Counted from the stretch's first letter, positions 1 to 11,937 are shown. The stretch is DNA of 64,000 nt from Adineta vaga (GCA_021613535.1 CP075494.1:12586001-12650000), one strand, 5' to 3'. Translations and numbers: made by a program. Notes: generated from the sequence alone by a model not told the origin.

Positions 1-913
1 CACATGTACTGCCATCTCCACATCCAATACAGCAAGCGGATATGGAAGCAATGCAACAGCACTTACAAAAGCAAGCGTTACATTTCTGGCATCAACCTAC
101 CAATCAACAGCACATGTTGCAACCCCATCAACCACCACCACCACCACCACCTCCGCAACAATCGCTATCAACATTACAAATAGCTAATATTCTCGCATCA
201 AAAGGACAATTACCACAAGATCCTAATCAAGCAGCAGCATTAGTTGCAGCTTACTATACTAATTTGATGTCGAGAACACAACAACAACCAACTAATATCC
301 CCATATCGTCGAATGTAAATAAAACTGTTTATGAGACGATCAATACACAACCATCAGCCACTTCAAACAGTGATGATATACCACTAACTGCAGGTAAAAT
401 TATCAAAGAAACAAAAACCCATCTAGCGTAGATTTGTCTATGACAATGAGATACGAGTTGAGTAACGATACGATTTAGAATTATTTTCCGATTTTTCTTA
501 GTCGATTCGATCAATGGACAAGTTCAAGCTCAAGTAATTGTCGATCAGAATGTTATCATTGCCAATAGTAATAATTCAACCGGTCCTTCTTCATCATCAT
601 CATCTTCAACTACTAATATTGATCATAAAATGGTACCAGCTGCAATCGGTAGTGAACGTAAACGTCATGTACCTACATCAAACATGATTGGTTCGATGTC
701 AGCTACTGGTAACAATGATTGGTCTTCCGTTTCAAAACGTAAGATTATCATTTAATATTCGTGTCTTTTCAAGTTAAATTCCATCTTCTTATTCTTCTTT
801 TAGAATCATACCCAATCGATCCATACCTACAGCAGCACCAACAGCAACAGCAGCAACAAGTTCCTCTCGCTTCTGAATATCAACAACAACCATTGCGTGA
901 TTATACGCGCTAA
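1..913 (+). CDS. 3' part of a Gln/Pro-rich low-complexity protein (gene begins upstream of window)
   Basis: Open frame to 393, GT-AG introns 394-501 and 739-803, in-frame exons 502-738 and 804-913 ending ...LRDYTR*; polyP/polyQ tracts; no recognisable domain. Confidence 0.7.
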
Positions 914-1432
914 AAAAATCTTTCTATTCGATTGAGAATATAATGCATAGATTTATCTCTTATTATTTAAAAGATTTTGTTTGTTTGTTTGTTTTTTATT
1001 CATGCACTCTTCATAACTATGTGTGACACATTGTCTCACTCTCTTGTATTGCTTGTGAGCGTGGTTTTCTCTCACTTTCTCCATTACTTTTGTTTCATTT
1101 TTGCTAACCGATCGTTTACTTTTTTTCTTTTCGTTTTTTTTTGCCCAATTTTATTAGCTCTTTATTCTACAGACGTTTTTCCCGATTTGTTAAAGCAATG
1201 GGTTCTCCCATGTGCCATTCGATTCAGTTCTCTTCGTGTTGAAGACGATATAGCAACAAGTGTCTCTGGCGTTTTTCTTTTTCTTTTTTCGTGTCAACTC
1301 TTTTTTTTTTCTTTTCGATATACATACAAATACATATACAGAAAGTAAAACCTTTCAACTTCTTTCCTATCCTCAGACGTAATATTAATAATAGGTAAGC
1401 AAAACAAACAACGAACAATCTTTTGTCTTTAG

Positions 1433-1846
1433 ATGACTGATGGTTGTTTAAATTGTCGTTTACTTCTTTCATTCACATGTCTCTTAGCTTTTCTCGTTTC
1501 AATTACATTAAAAATTAATCAAACATGGTCACATATTTCATGGCTTTTAATCTTTATTCCAATTTGGTTCTTTAATTGTATATCATTATGTATCATTTTC
1601 TATTTAATTGTCATTAAAAAATGGTTAAAAACAAAAGAAACTTGTTTAAAAATTGTTTATTATCTATTAAGTTTAACTTCATCATGTGCATTTGAAATAC
1701 TTTTATGTGTAAAATTACAATACAAACGAGATATGCCATATTGGATTGTATTTTTACCAATGTGGATATTTATATTTTTGTTATTTAATATTATTACACA
1801 ACAGATGTATCGAACATGTCAGACGACAACGGGAAAAACTTTATGA
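1433..1846 (+). CDS. TMEM60: TMEM60-like small multi-pass membrane protein (TMEM185/203/60 family)
   Basis: 137 aa, four hydrophobic segments; motifs W-LLIFIPIW, LLCVKL, IVFLPMW resemble TMEM60; AG acceptor directly before ATG. Confidence 0.75.
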   Translation: MTDGCLNCRLLLSFTCLLAFLVSITLKINQTWSHISWLLIFIPIWFFNCISLCIIFYLIVIKKWLKTKETCLKIVYYLLSLTSSCAFEILLCVKLQYKRDMPYWIVFLPMWIFIFLLFNIITQQMYRTCQTTTGKTL

Positions 1847-2415
1847 TCATTTTTATTTGTTTGGAAGATATCATCCTTCAGTGATGACTGTTTGATATCT
1901 CAAGAAACAAACCAACGAATGGATAGACAATTCCATGCAGATGGTGAATATACGTACTTGTATATATACATATATATTTGAAATAAAACTGTTTAAAAAG
2001 AAACAGAACGTAAACATTTTTGTAAAACTGAATGATATGTGTAATCAATATAAATAAATGTCTTTATTATTCATTAATAACTTTATAAAATCTTAAAGAA
2101 TCTGTTGAATTTCTTAATGATGAATGATACTTTCATAGCAGAAGAAGTATAACAAACAATATGTAGTTGTATTCAATTTGACAAAAACAGAACATGTTTG
2201 ACATAGATTTTCCGATAACATAACAACATTCTTGTTCTATCGTGTTGATGTTCTTTCTTTTTTTTCTACCCTTTAAGTTCGTATTACACTATCTTTCATC
2301 CATCATCTCTATTGCTGATACAGTTTGACACTTTTCTCCTGACAGAATAAGTAAATTACAATAATACAATATAAGCATTTATTTATTCTGTAAGTTTCTA
2401 GTTGTCTGACATACA

Positions 2416-3018
2416 ATGCCACTTGGTTTCTATGTTGAAACGCCTGAAGGTCGTCGCAAATCAGTGACATTACCAACAAATTTTAGTTTAGATGATTTTA
2501 GGAATATAATAGAAAAAAAAGTAGGTAATCCTGAACATTATGATTATTCACTTGGTGATGTCATTTTTCGCATATGGGATGAAGAAGCATTCAATCGACA
2601 ACGAAGTGCGATTCATGATAATATTACTCTTATGATACAATATCCTCCGGTTGGACCAGATAGTCCACCTTGGCGTCAAGCATCATCTGGTCTATGTCTT
2701 GAAGGTGTCTGTTTAAATGTACAATGTGAAGCATTTGAGCATAAAGTTATTGTAAATCAAGGAATTGGACAACATATGATCGTTAGGAATTCAACTGTTA
2801 TTACATCGAAATGTCCGATATGTCATGCAGAAATTCAACCGACAGTTTGTGCGTTCTATCAGTGTTCATGGAGAATATCTGGTGTAAAACTTGGTGATGC
2901 GAAAGATTCTTCATCAAATACTAGAAATATTGATTGGCAAAATACAACACATGATTATCATCGATGGGAAGAGAATTTATCATTATGGAAACAATTAACA
3001 ATCGAAACTAGGAAGTAA
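2416..3018 (+). CDS. Intronless protein: N-terminal ubiquitin-like fold plus Cys-rich C-terminal domain
   Basis: N-terminus FYVETPEGRRKSVTL...LDDFRNIIEKK is UBL-like; C-terminus PPWR..SGLCLEGVC..CPIC..CAFYQCSW. Confidence 0.65.
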   Translation: MPLGFYVETPEGRRKSVTLPTNFSLDDFRNIIEKKVGNPEHYDYSLGDVIFRIWDEEAFNRQRSAIHDNITLMIQYPPVGPDSPPWRQASSGLCLEGVCLNVQCEAFEHKVIVNQGIGQHMIVRNSTVITSKCPICHAEIQPTVCAFYQCSWRISGVKLGDAKDSSSNTRNIDWQNTTHDYHRWEENLSLWKQLTIETRK

Positions 3019-3242
3019 TATCTTAACTGTTATTGTAAAGAACTCAGACGGATACAATATCATAAACATTTACATCTATTGAATAACTAATTCTTTCATT
3101 GCTTATTTTATTTTCTGCTTTATTGTATGTTAAAAAAGCGATTCATTTTACTTCTAAATAATATCAATCAAATCACATTTTACCACTTGCTCGTTGAATC
3201 TATATATATATTCAAAAGAAAATAGATCTAAAGTAAAATATT

Positions 3243-4019
3243 TTAACTTACAAAGCACGAAGAATCCTTTTTGCCCAATGTGCACATGCACTTACAATAA
3301 GTCGAATCCGTATTTGCACTGCATCGAGCACAGATACCTTCAATGCAAATAGAAAAATGTTCAGATCAATTATCAATATTTAGAAAGTTACTTACGATTT
3401 GGATAATCACATAAGTAACCAGCCCATCCAAATGCACATTGACATGAAAAAGAAGTAGATGAATGTGACACACAAACGCCACCATTCCTGCATGGATTCA
3501 CAGTACAAGCACTGAGTATAACTGTAAAAAAAATTGATAGTTGGTGTTACTCTTATTAATCATAAAAATAAAACTGTACCGTTGCCTGTTTCACAAAGAA
3601 GACCTGTGAAAGAAGGAGGGCAGTTACACCGAAAACGTCCGCTTGATAAAATTGTACAAGTGCCTCCATTTGAACATAGATTTACTGGACAAATATTAGT
3701 GGATGCTGAAAAATAACCCAAAATAAAATACAAAACAGCAAATAATGCATGAAATCCTACTATCAGGATAATCACATAAATCACCAGCCCATCCAGGAAG
3801 ACATTGACATGACGAATATTGTGTGACGAAAGATCCTCCATTAGCGCAAGGATTTAAATCTATAGTACAAGCAATTCTTAAGTACACATAAGATCGGTAA
3901 CATACACTATCAATCAATCACTTACTCTTATTCATTACCTGTAGGTTAGCATGGTTCTCTTTCCCATTGATCATTAAATAATGAATAAAAAATATTATGA
4001 CCACAAAAGTTGAATGCAT
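3243..4019 (-). CDS. Small secreted protein with three EGF-like repeats and a Cys-rich tail
   Basis: Hydrophobic leader MHSTFVVIIFFIHYL from 4019; EGF exons ~3773-3877, ~3579-3707, ~3396-3521 (CxNGG..CxCxxGxxGxxC); last exon GICARCSANTDSTYCKCMC; first splice junction uncertain. Confidence 0.7.
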
Positions 4020-4590
4020 ATTTTTTTTTTCGTTTTTGATTGTAATCAAAGTAGACCAATGTCTCTGCTATATATCATTGTTTTTACTATAAAACAAAAA
4101 GCAGACTATCTAAACCCGATAAATTGATTTTCATTCTCATATTACATTGTTTTTCAGATTCAATGATCAAAACAAATAAACAAAGTAGAAAGAATCTCTG
4201 GTTTTAATATGCAGTGAAAACTAATTGCTTTTTTTTTATAATCCATCAAGTATTGTATTCCATATTTTTTTTACATTTATATAGATATAGATGCTTCGTT
4301 ACTTCCTTTATTTCATGAAGTACAGCTTGAAAAGTATAATTATACCATTTGTTTTGTCATAAGAAAAAGAATGTTCTTGCTCAACATCGAGTAATACTTC
4401 CCGTTAACTCGTCATTTGAATAAAAATATTACTCAACATTTCAGTTTTCTTGTGCAATGGTTTCATATATATATATTTATTCGTTTTTCAGACAACATTC
4501 GTCTACGAATTTCATTGTATTACCAGTGATTTGCACGATTAAAACGATCGATCAGTTTGAAAACTAGTTTTTCATAAATTTGCACTTTAA

Positions 4591-5118
4591 ATGATGGTAG
4601 ATCCAAGCAGTCAGACAATGTCATGTCTTGATTCTCATGTATTATCAAATGTAGATACAATCAGAGAAAAAAATTCGATAAAACAGCATGAAAAGGAAAG
4701 AAAAAATGATGATATAGATTGTGATCCAGCAATTATATCATTTGGTCGATATAATGATAATCAAGTACGACGAGATCGAGTATTCTTTTTGCGACTATTT
4801 TGTGTTTCAAAAAAACAGTCTGATGATTTATTTTATATATTTAAGCATCCATATGAAATGCACACTGTTAATCAACAATTAATCAATGTTGTTGATCAAA
4901 TGATTGCTCAGTCACATATTCCTTTTTCACTATTACCTAAACATTTCAAACCAAAATGGATTGTAAAACAACGAGAAACTCGAGAAGAACCTTTGCAAAA
5001 CTCATATCGATCATTGTCTTTCAATAATTTCTCTGTTAAATCAAATAATTATTATAGACGAAATAAAACTAATTGCATTCGTGATGATCATCGCATCAAT
5101 ACTGGCATAACTGAGTGA
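4591..5118 (+). CDS. Hypothetical protein, 175 aa
   Basis: Long ATG-initiated ORF in AT-rich DNA; no recognisable motif. Confidence 0.45.
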   Translation: MMVDPSSQTMSCLDSHVLSNVDTIREKNSIKQHEKERKNDDIDCDPAIISFGRYNDNQVRRDRVFFLRLFCVSKKQSDDLFYIFKHPYEMHTVNQQLINVVDQMIAQSHIPFSLLPKHFKPKWIVKQRETREEPLQNSYRSLSFNNFSVKSNNYYRRNKTNCIRDDHRINTGITE

Positions 5119-5358
5119 ATGAATTCTTTTTTTATACATATTTTTGTTTTTGTTATAAAGTAATAGACTAAATTATATTCTTGATAATAAATGTAAATGA
5201 AATTTCTTATAAATGATATATTAATTAGTGAATTTCAAGTATATTCAAAAAAGATATTCGGGACAAGGAGAAGGATAAATTTATTTCTCAATTATTTGAT
5301 AAGACTATATAAAAAAAAAGAGTTTTTGTATATAGATAACATGCGTTCCGATTGTTTC

Positions 5359-5830
5359 TTAACGACCACGACGTTTATCATTAGTGGTTGCTTGACGCCA
5401 GGCGTCCCATTCCTGTTGAAAATATTCAAATCAATGAATAGTATCTGAGACATTTCATTTTCTTACTTCAAGTTTTGGACACCATCGTTGAAGACCAGTG
5501 ACTTTATTTATACCCAAAGCTCGTTCACATCTAAAGAAATCTTAAAATAATGTTTCAAAACAATCTTTTATTGTATATCACCGTTCTTCATATTTTTCTT
5601 TTGCTTCTCGACGTTGTTCACGAGGAAATGGGATACCAAAAAGACGCTTTTGTAAGAATTGTTGTGCATCTGGTGCTTCTGAAATTCAATGGAAAGAAAA
5701 ACAACATACTAAATCGATCGTCAATATCAAATTTAAACATACCAAAATCATTTTCATCATCAGCATGAGCAATACGCACAAAACTAATAATAAATAAAGC
5801 ACAAACTAGACCAAATAAGAATTTATTCAT
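5359..5830 (-). CDS. Secreted prepropeptide, paralog A of the EQxREAxxxYEERC family (~100 aa)
   Basis: Exons 5830-5743, 5678-5582, 5530-5467, 5412-5359 splice in frame to MNKFLFGLVCALFIISFVRIAHADDENDFEAPDAQQFLQKR/LFGIPFPREQRREAKEKYEERCERALGINKVTGLQRWCPKLEEWDAWRQATTNDKRRGR*. Confidence 0.85.
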
Positions 5831-6162
5831 TATTCAATGTTGTATGAATATCAAATGATACTATCGAAAAAAAGATTTCCTTTTTCTTCGCAAATGAGAT
5901 TATCTCCTTCAGCACAATGATACAATCGTTTTGTCTCTCAAGTACTGACGATTATTCATCGATTGAAATAGATAATATCTAGATATATTTGTCAACACTT
6001 ATATCAATAATCATCACTTGTCTTTTTCTTCTTCATATTGATTGTAAAAGAATGCTATTCATATAAATATAACAAATATCAAGTGGTAGAGACATGCCGA
6101 TATATTTCGTTTTTGGAAAGAGTTTTACTAAGTTACTTTTTATTTTAGAAAAACAAAACAAA

Positions 6163-6603
6163 ATGAAGACACATTCAATTACTATTCTTATTTGTACTAT
6201 TGTTGTCATGATGATTTTGAACGAAAAATGTGTTCAAGGAGCTGATGACAATCGTTTCGAACAAGGTAAATATATGACTCTCAAGTGATTCTGATTATCT
6301 AAGGAAAAAATTTCGTTGATTTTTGCGTTTGCGCATTTTTGTTTTACTTAAACGCTTCGATCGTATGTATGTGTGTGTGTGTATGTAGACGTAGTCGATG
6401 CTCTCTCGTTTCTTGTCGACAAACGGGTTTATAAACAATTTAAAACCAAATGTGAAGAACAAAAACGTGAAGCCAAAGCAGCCTATGAATCCCGTTGTGA
6501 ACCATCAGTTCATATCAAATTAACAAATAAAAATGCTTCAAAAAAACGTTATTGTCCAGAATTGAAAAATTGGCCATCCTTTCTCAACCATGAAGTTCAA
6601 TAA
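6163..6603 (+). CDS. Secreted prepropeptide B, isoform 1 (signal exon plus module 1)
   Basis: Exon 6163-6265 (signal peptide, phase-1 donor) + 6389-6603: ...FEQDVVDALSFLVDKR/VYKQFKTKCEEQKREAKAAYESRCEPS...RYCPELKNW...*. Confidence 0.85.
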
Positions 6604-6757
6604 TTATCTGACTTTATTTTTCTGTCATAATTATTTTCTATAAAACTTTTATCAATACATATATATATATCTATATTTATATACATTTATCCGGATTTTT
6701 TTTCTTTCTGGTCTTAGTTCGAATAGTCTGTTTGACCCTTTGTTCTGTATACTATAG

Positions 6758-7162
6758 CTCGTTCCAAATCCAATGAATTTCTTCGTCGAAAACGTGGCAT
6801 TTTTCATCCAGGAGTAACTGCATGTGAAGAACAAAAACGTGAAGCTCGAGAAGATTACGGTATGAGAACGATTATTTCTTTGGAAGATCTAAACTCCTTA
6901 TTTTCCAATCACTGTAGAAGAACGATGTGAACCATCAATACCATGGCAACGAGATCGTAAAAGCAATCGTTTCTGTCCAGATATTAATGAATGGAACGAA
7001 TTAGATTCATATGAAATTGGAGAGGGAGGTGGCTTTGATCTTGACACATTGGGAAAATTAATTCCACATAATGTTAGTATGGAAAAAATCATTGGAGGTG
7101 TTGTTGCCGGTATTATCACAGCAGGCGTGGGAGGCAAACGAAGTGTTAATGATGATGAATGA
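6758..7162 (+). CDS. Prepropeptide B alternative terminal module 2
   Basis: Phase-1 acceptor; exons 6758-6859 and 6918-7162: ARSKSNEFLRRKR/GIFHPGVTACEEQKREAREDYEERCEPS...RFCPDINEW...TAGVGGKRSVNDDE*; in-frame stop just upstream, no own ATG or signal. Confidence 0.8.
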
Positions 7163-7412
7163 CAAGCTTCTTTTTTCATATGTTCTATTTGATGATATCT
7201 ATATCTTTTGAATTATCATCTATCTTCTTCCATACATCATTTCTTTTTTGTCTAATCCAGATTATGTCATCAACGCACCAATTTCCTTGTCGTTTTATGT
7301 CATCGTGTTTTTGTTTTTGACTATTCTAGATTGTAAACGTTCTTTTCTTTTAAATATGAATTCATAATCAAGTACATCATCCTTATATTCTATTGTATGT
7401 GTATATGTTTAG

Positions 7413-7824
7413 AATCGGTCTATGCAAATCGATTTTTGAAACGAACATTTTTCCATCCAGGCTCTACAAAATGTGAAGAACAAAAACGTGAAGCACGTGA
7501 AGATTATGGTAATTAATAATTCTTGATTTCAACTACTTCTTTTTCTGTTACTTAGAGGAACGATGTGAACCATCCTTTCCATTATTCCGTAATACGGGAA
7601 CACGTCGATTTTGTCCTGATATTCATAATTGGAAAGAATTGGATAATTATGAAATTGGTGATGGATATGAAAGTCGTGATCCAATAAGTGGAAATAAAAT
7701 CAATACAAATCAAAATAAAGATCGAAGTCGATATAATGTTATTTTAGATCCAGATCGTTCTACAACGGATGTAGGTCTTGATCGTAATGGTGATTATGAT
7801 ACAGAAAAAAACGAACAAGAATAG
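7413..7824 (+). CDS. Prepropeptide B alternative terminal module 3
   Basis: Phase-1 acceptor; exons 7413-7508 and 7556-7824: ESVYANRFLKR/TFFHPGSTKCEEQKREAREDYEERCEPS...RFCPDIHNW...EQE*; same intron position as module 2. Confidence 0.8.
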
Positions 7825-8309
7825 ATGTTAGAATGTATCTTCTGATCGAGCTTGTTTGTGAAATATTTGAAATATAAATATATATATATTCCGTTTGAAT
7901 AAAAATCTTTGCATCGTATCAAAGTAAAAAACGAATGGATATGTCATCGAAGTGTTAGTATATAGTTCTTATCAGCTTTATTCTTTGACATTTGATTTAG
8001 ATAATATCAAAGATAAGTCGATGATAATTCAATTCTTATTCAAGGAAAATTAACAAGGAAACAGTTACAATATGAAAGACGTAGAAGAGAAAGATTGTTA
8101 AATGAGATATCGAAATGAATGATTTCAAGATCCAGGAGAGATGATTTGAATTTGAAAAATGTATTCAGTTCCATGTTAACTAGAAAACTTGCTTAAAATT
8201 AGATATCTTGAAATGAATATTTACTATCGTTGAATCGAAATTAAATACAAATTCTTTGACAATTATATATAAAAATTAGAATACACAATGAATTCGAATA
8301 AGTTCTCTT

Positions 8310-8783
8310 TTACATTCCATTCATCGCATAACGAACAGACAAAGGTAAACCTACCGATTGTCCGTAGATCGATAGCCAAAATAGAAATTTTTTCTTTATA
8401 GATTGATCAGCAACTTGTTTCAATAGATTTTCTGTATGACATGGATGAAGAATAAAGAAAGGTCGATGAAGAATTAAATGTTCTTGTTGTGTAATTGTTT
8501 CATACATATTGGAATTTTTCTTATGTGTGAATATTTTCCAAACATCATCTAATGATAATAATGATCCATCTAAATGACTAATATTGAAATAAAGCACAGG
8601 CACTGAATAACTTTCACTATAGACAACATGAAATTCATATTTTAAACAGTTTTCATCAGTAAATGAATAGATTAAATATGAACCTTTCGATGTTTTTATT
8701 AATTGCCAACGATCATGAATTTGTTGAGATTGTTCATAAAGATCAGAGATACATTGATTAAATTCTTCTAATGTAAAAGACAT
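8310..8783 (-). CDS. ATG10: Ubiquitin-like-conjugating enzyme ATG10
   Basis: YEFHVVYSESYSVPVLYF, ITQQEH...PFFILHPCHT (catalytic HPC), WLSIYG..VGL; intronless; likely start MSFTLEEF. Confidence 0.92.
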   Translation of the reverse strand: MSFTLEEFNQCISDLYEQSQQIHDRWQLIKTSKGSYLIYSFTDENCLKYEFHVVYSESYSVPVLYFNISHLDGSLLSLDDVWKIFTHKKNSNMYETITQQEHLILHRPFFILHPCHTENLLKQVADQSIKKKFLFWLSIYGQSVGLPLSVRYAMNGM

Positions 8784-8946
8784 TTTTTTTTCAAATACTC
8801 TAGAGATCAAAAAGAAACTAGTTGAAGTTTATTTTTGTTTCTGTTTTGTTCTATACACATATGTATGTTTTTTTTTCGCGTGCTTCTTCTCTTACTAATG
8901 AAATGAAGACGTGATACGAGAATGAGAGTGTGCAAATGAGAAGAGA

Positions 8947-8980
8947 ATAATAATAGTAATAATAATAATAATAATAATAT
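8947..8980. repeat. (AAT)n microsatellite in FBXW7 3' region
   Basis: Direct tandem repeat with one interruption. Confidence 0.9.
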
Positions 8981-9201
8981 ATAAAAAGAAAAGAGAAATA
9001 AGTAGAACAATGAAAAAAAAGAAGAAGACAGAAAATCGACAACAGTTGTTGACACACTGAGAATAATAAAGAAACGAAACGAAAAGTGGAGGAAAAAAAA
9101 CATGAAGAGAATAGAAATCATCAACAACAGTGACAAATAACATGACAATTAGACAAACGTTTTAAAAGACAGAAAATTAAAGACAAGAGAATAAACATAC
9201 A

Positions 9202-11937
9202 CTATGAACAGATCGTTGTGCGATCAAAATCAAGCATGATCACTTTCGTATCTTCAGTGCTGTTACGACTGCCAGCTGCACATACTAATGCTGAATCTGT
9301 ACATTTGATGCGCCAAACAACACCTAAACAAATCAATCAATATATACATATATTTATAGAATAGAACTATTTCAATATACCTCCACTGCCCATTGAATCT
9401 AATGTGACAAGATTTCGAACAAAATCTCCTGTATTTATATCCCATAATTTTACAGTTCCATCATCACCTGAACTGACGACATAGTTCAGTACGAGTTGTA
9501 CCCATGTGACCGCTGATGCATGTTTATTTCTTCCTATAGAGAAGAATTTTTACAAATAAAATTTCGTAAGAAAATATTTTCTCATACCTGCAAGTGTATG
9601 GAGACATTTGCCCGATTCAATATTCCATATTTTCACAGTTGAATCAGCATTTCCCGAAACGAGAATATTTCCACGTAATTGCATTCCACTTGTTAAAGAT
9701 AGATGTCCAGTTAATTGATGTAGACATGTACCTTGTTCAACATCCCATACACGAATCATACAATCCAATGAACCGGATACGATATGTTTACCGTCGAACT
9801 AAATGAGAAAACAATATCTTGGCTTTCTTATTCATTGTAATTTTCTTTTCAAAAATCATACCACAAGTGAATAAACTCGATTGGTATGTCCTTCAAGTGT
9901 ATGTACACATTTTTCTTGATCTGGTAACCAAACACGTATAGTATGATCATAAGCACCCGATACAACATATTTGCCATTATAGCATACACAACGAACAGCT
10001 GCTGTATGACCACTTAACATATGAAGACGTTCACCTGTACGAATATTCCAGACTCTAAAGAAGAAAAATCATTCAAATCATTCGATTGTATTCTTCGGGA
10101 AACTTCTTATTCAAGCTTACCGAACAGTAGCATCGCGTGACCCAGATACGACAATATCACCATGTAGTGCTAGACAACGTACTGTTGATGTATGTCCATA
10201 TAAGATATGTTGACAAACACCTGTATTTATATTCCAGACACGAATTGTTCTGTCTGTACTACCACTCACAATTAAATCATCAGTCATTTCACTACACCAC
10301 ACTCCACCATTATGTCCAATTAATGTTTGTTCACACTAATAAAATAAGAATGAAAATTTTTCGAACCAAATAAATAAAACTATCGATTATTACCTTTCCA
10401 GTGGCTACGGACCAAACTTTTAACGTATTATCATCTGATCCTGATACAATACGTTTGCCATCAAATTGTAGACAAGTAATAACAAAATCCTCATGACCAC
10501 GTAATATGACTGGTTCAGGTAAGGATTGTTCATGTTGCCAAACATATTCTAAATGTTTATGACAAGCATATGAACGTTTCCATGAATTATCAATTGTTTC
10601 ATCGAATATCGTTCGTAATTTTTTTAATGGAATCATTTTTCGTTGACAAATACGTTTCCAAAGTAGGAGATCATTACATGTTTCATACCAAGATCGACAT
10701 GTACGTGATGCGCGTGCAACATCACTGGCTGGTAAATATTTCAATACATGTAATGCTAATTCTCGAGGAAGATCACGAATGAAATCACGTTGAAAATAAG
10801 GTTCAATTTGATTTTTAATATGATTCAAATGTAGAGTATTAGTAGAACAAGTACGAATAAGAGCTTCAGTTGCACGACTACGGTCTTCATTGGACATAGC
10901 TAAAAACGTGTCTAGCCAATTGGTTACTTCAGCTGAAAGAGGTGGAGGTGGTAAAGATGATATAGATTCAATAATGTTCGAAGATGCTGATGATGGACAT
11001 GACGTTATACTTGCAGTTGATTTTGAATCACACTGTTCTCGAAGATTACTAAAAAATGAAAAATTCAGTACAAATTATTATTAGTTTATGTTGAAAATGT
11101 AAAATACAATATTACTCATAGGGAGTGACATCATTAGATATTTATTCTACTTTCATAGGTTGCTTTAGTCAGTCGATAGAAAGAGAAAATATAAACTCTT
11201 ATCTGCTAAAATGTGACAGACGTTTTCAGTATGCGCAAAAAGCAAAAATAGAAATGTGATTGTACGCAGCATTAATAGGTTAAATAATAAAGTTTATGAT
11301 ACATTCTTGATTTAATGTAAATATTTTATAAAAAATCTATTGAAGTATAATAATCGAATATATTCATTGGATTTAGATACCAAAGCTTTGAAATAATTAA
11401 ATCCAATTTGAATACTTGATAAAACATTTATTTATATCTCTTCAACTAGATTAATTATACATCTATAACTTTATCAGAAAAATAAATATTCTCAATACTT
11501 AATTCATTCTTTTCTCACAACAAAATAGAAGATCTGAACGATGTGAAAGAGTATGTTAATAAAATATCGACAGATAAAAGCATGAATAAACAGATACATG
11601 TTACACTTGTCATCAGTAAGCATAACAACAGTTTAAAATTACATTTCTTCTATGCACATAGAATTTAAAGTTCAAATAAATCTTCTTTGTCAACATCATA
11701 AGTTGAAATTTAAACATTTTACCTGTTACAAATACGTTTCGGATCATTAGTAGTTCCAAGTGATTCTTCAATCGTTAATTGTCGTTTTCCAGGTGAACGT
11801 ATTTGATGTAATGTTTCACCGGGATATTCCGTAGATATCTGACTTGTTGCATAACAATTATGAACAAGTTGATCAGTCAACGATGGTGAACTTGATCGAT
11901 CAGGTGATGATAAAATTCCTACAGATTCTGATGACAT
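9202..11937 (-). CDS. FBXW7: F-box/WD40 protein 7 (Cdc4/Archipelago)
   Basis: [23 protein letters not shown]-box; WD40 repeats [41 protein letters not shown]; terminal GVVWRI..GSRN.TEDTK; 7 exons. Confidence 0.95.

Noticed and set aside
977-1472. Phe-rich and Lys-rich ORFs
   Set aside because: T-rich UTR/intergenic sequence; compositional artefact
8807-9148. Three overlapping ORFs with poly-Leu/Tyr/Ile
   Set aside because: Translations of an (AAT)n microsatellite and T-rich 3' UTR
11113-11156. Possible alternative coding first exon of FBXW7
   Set aside because: The frame matching exon 2 has a TAA after the only in-frame ATG
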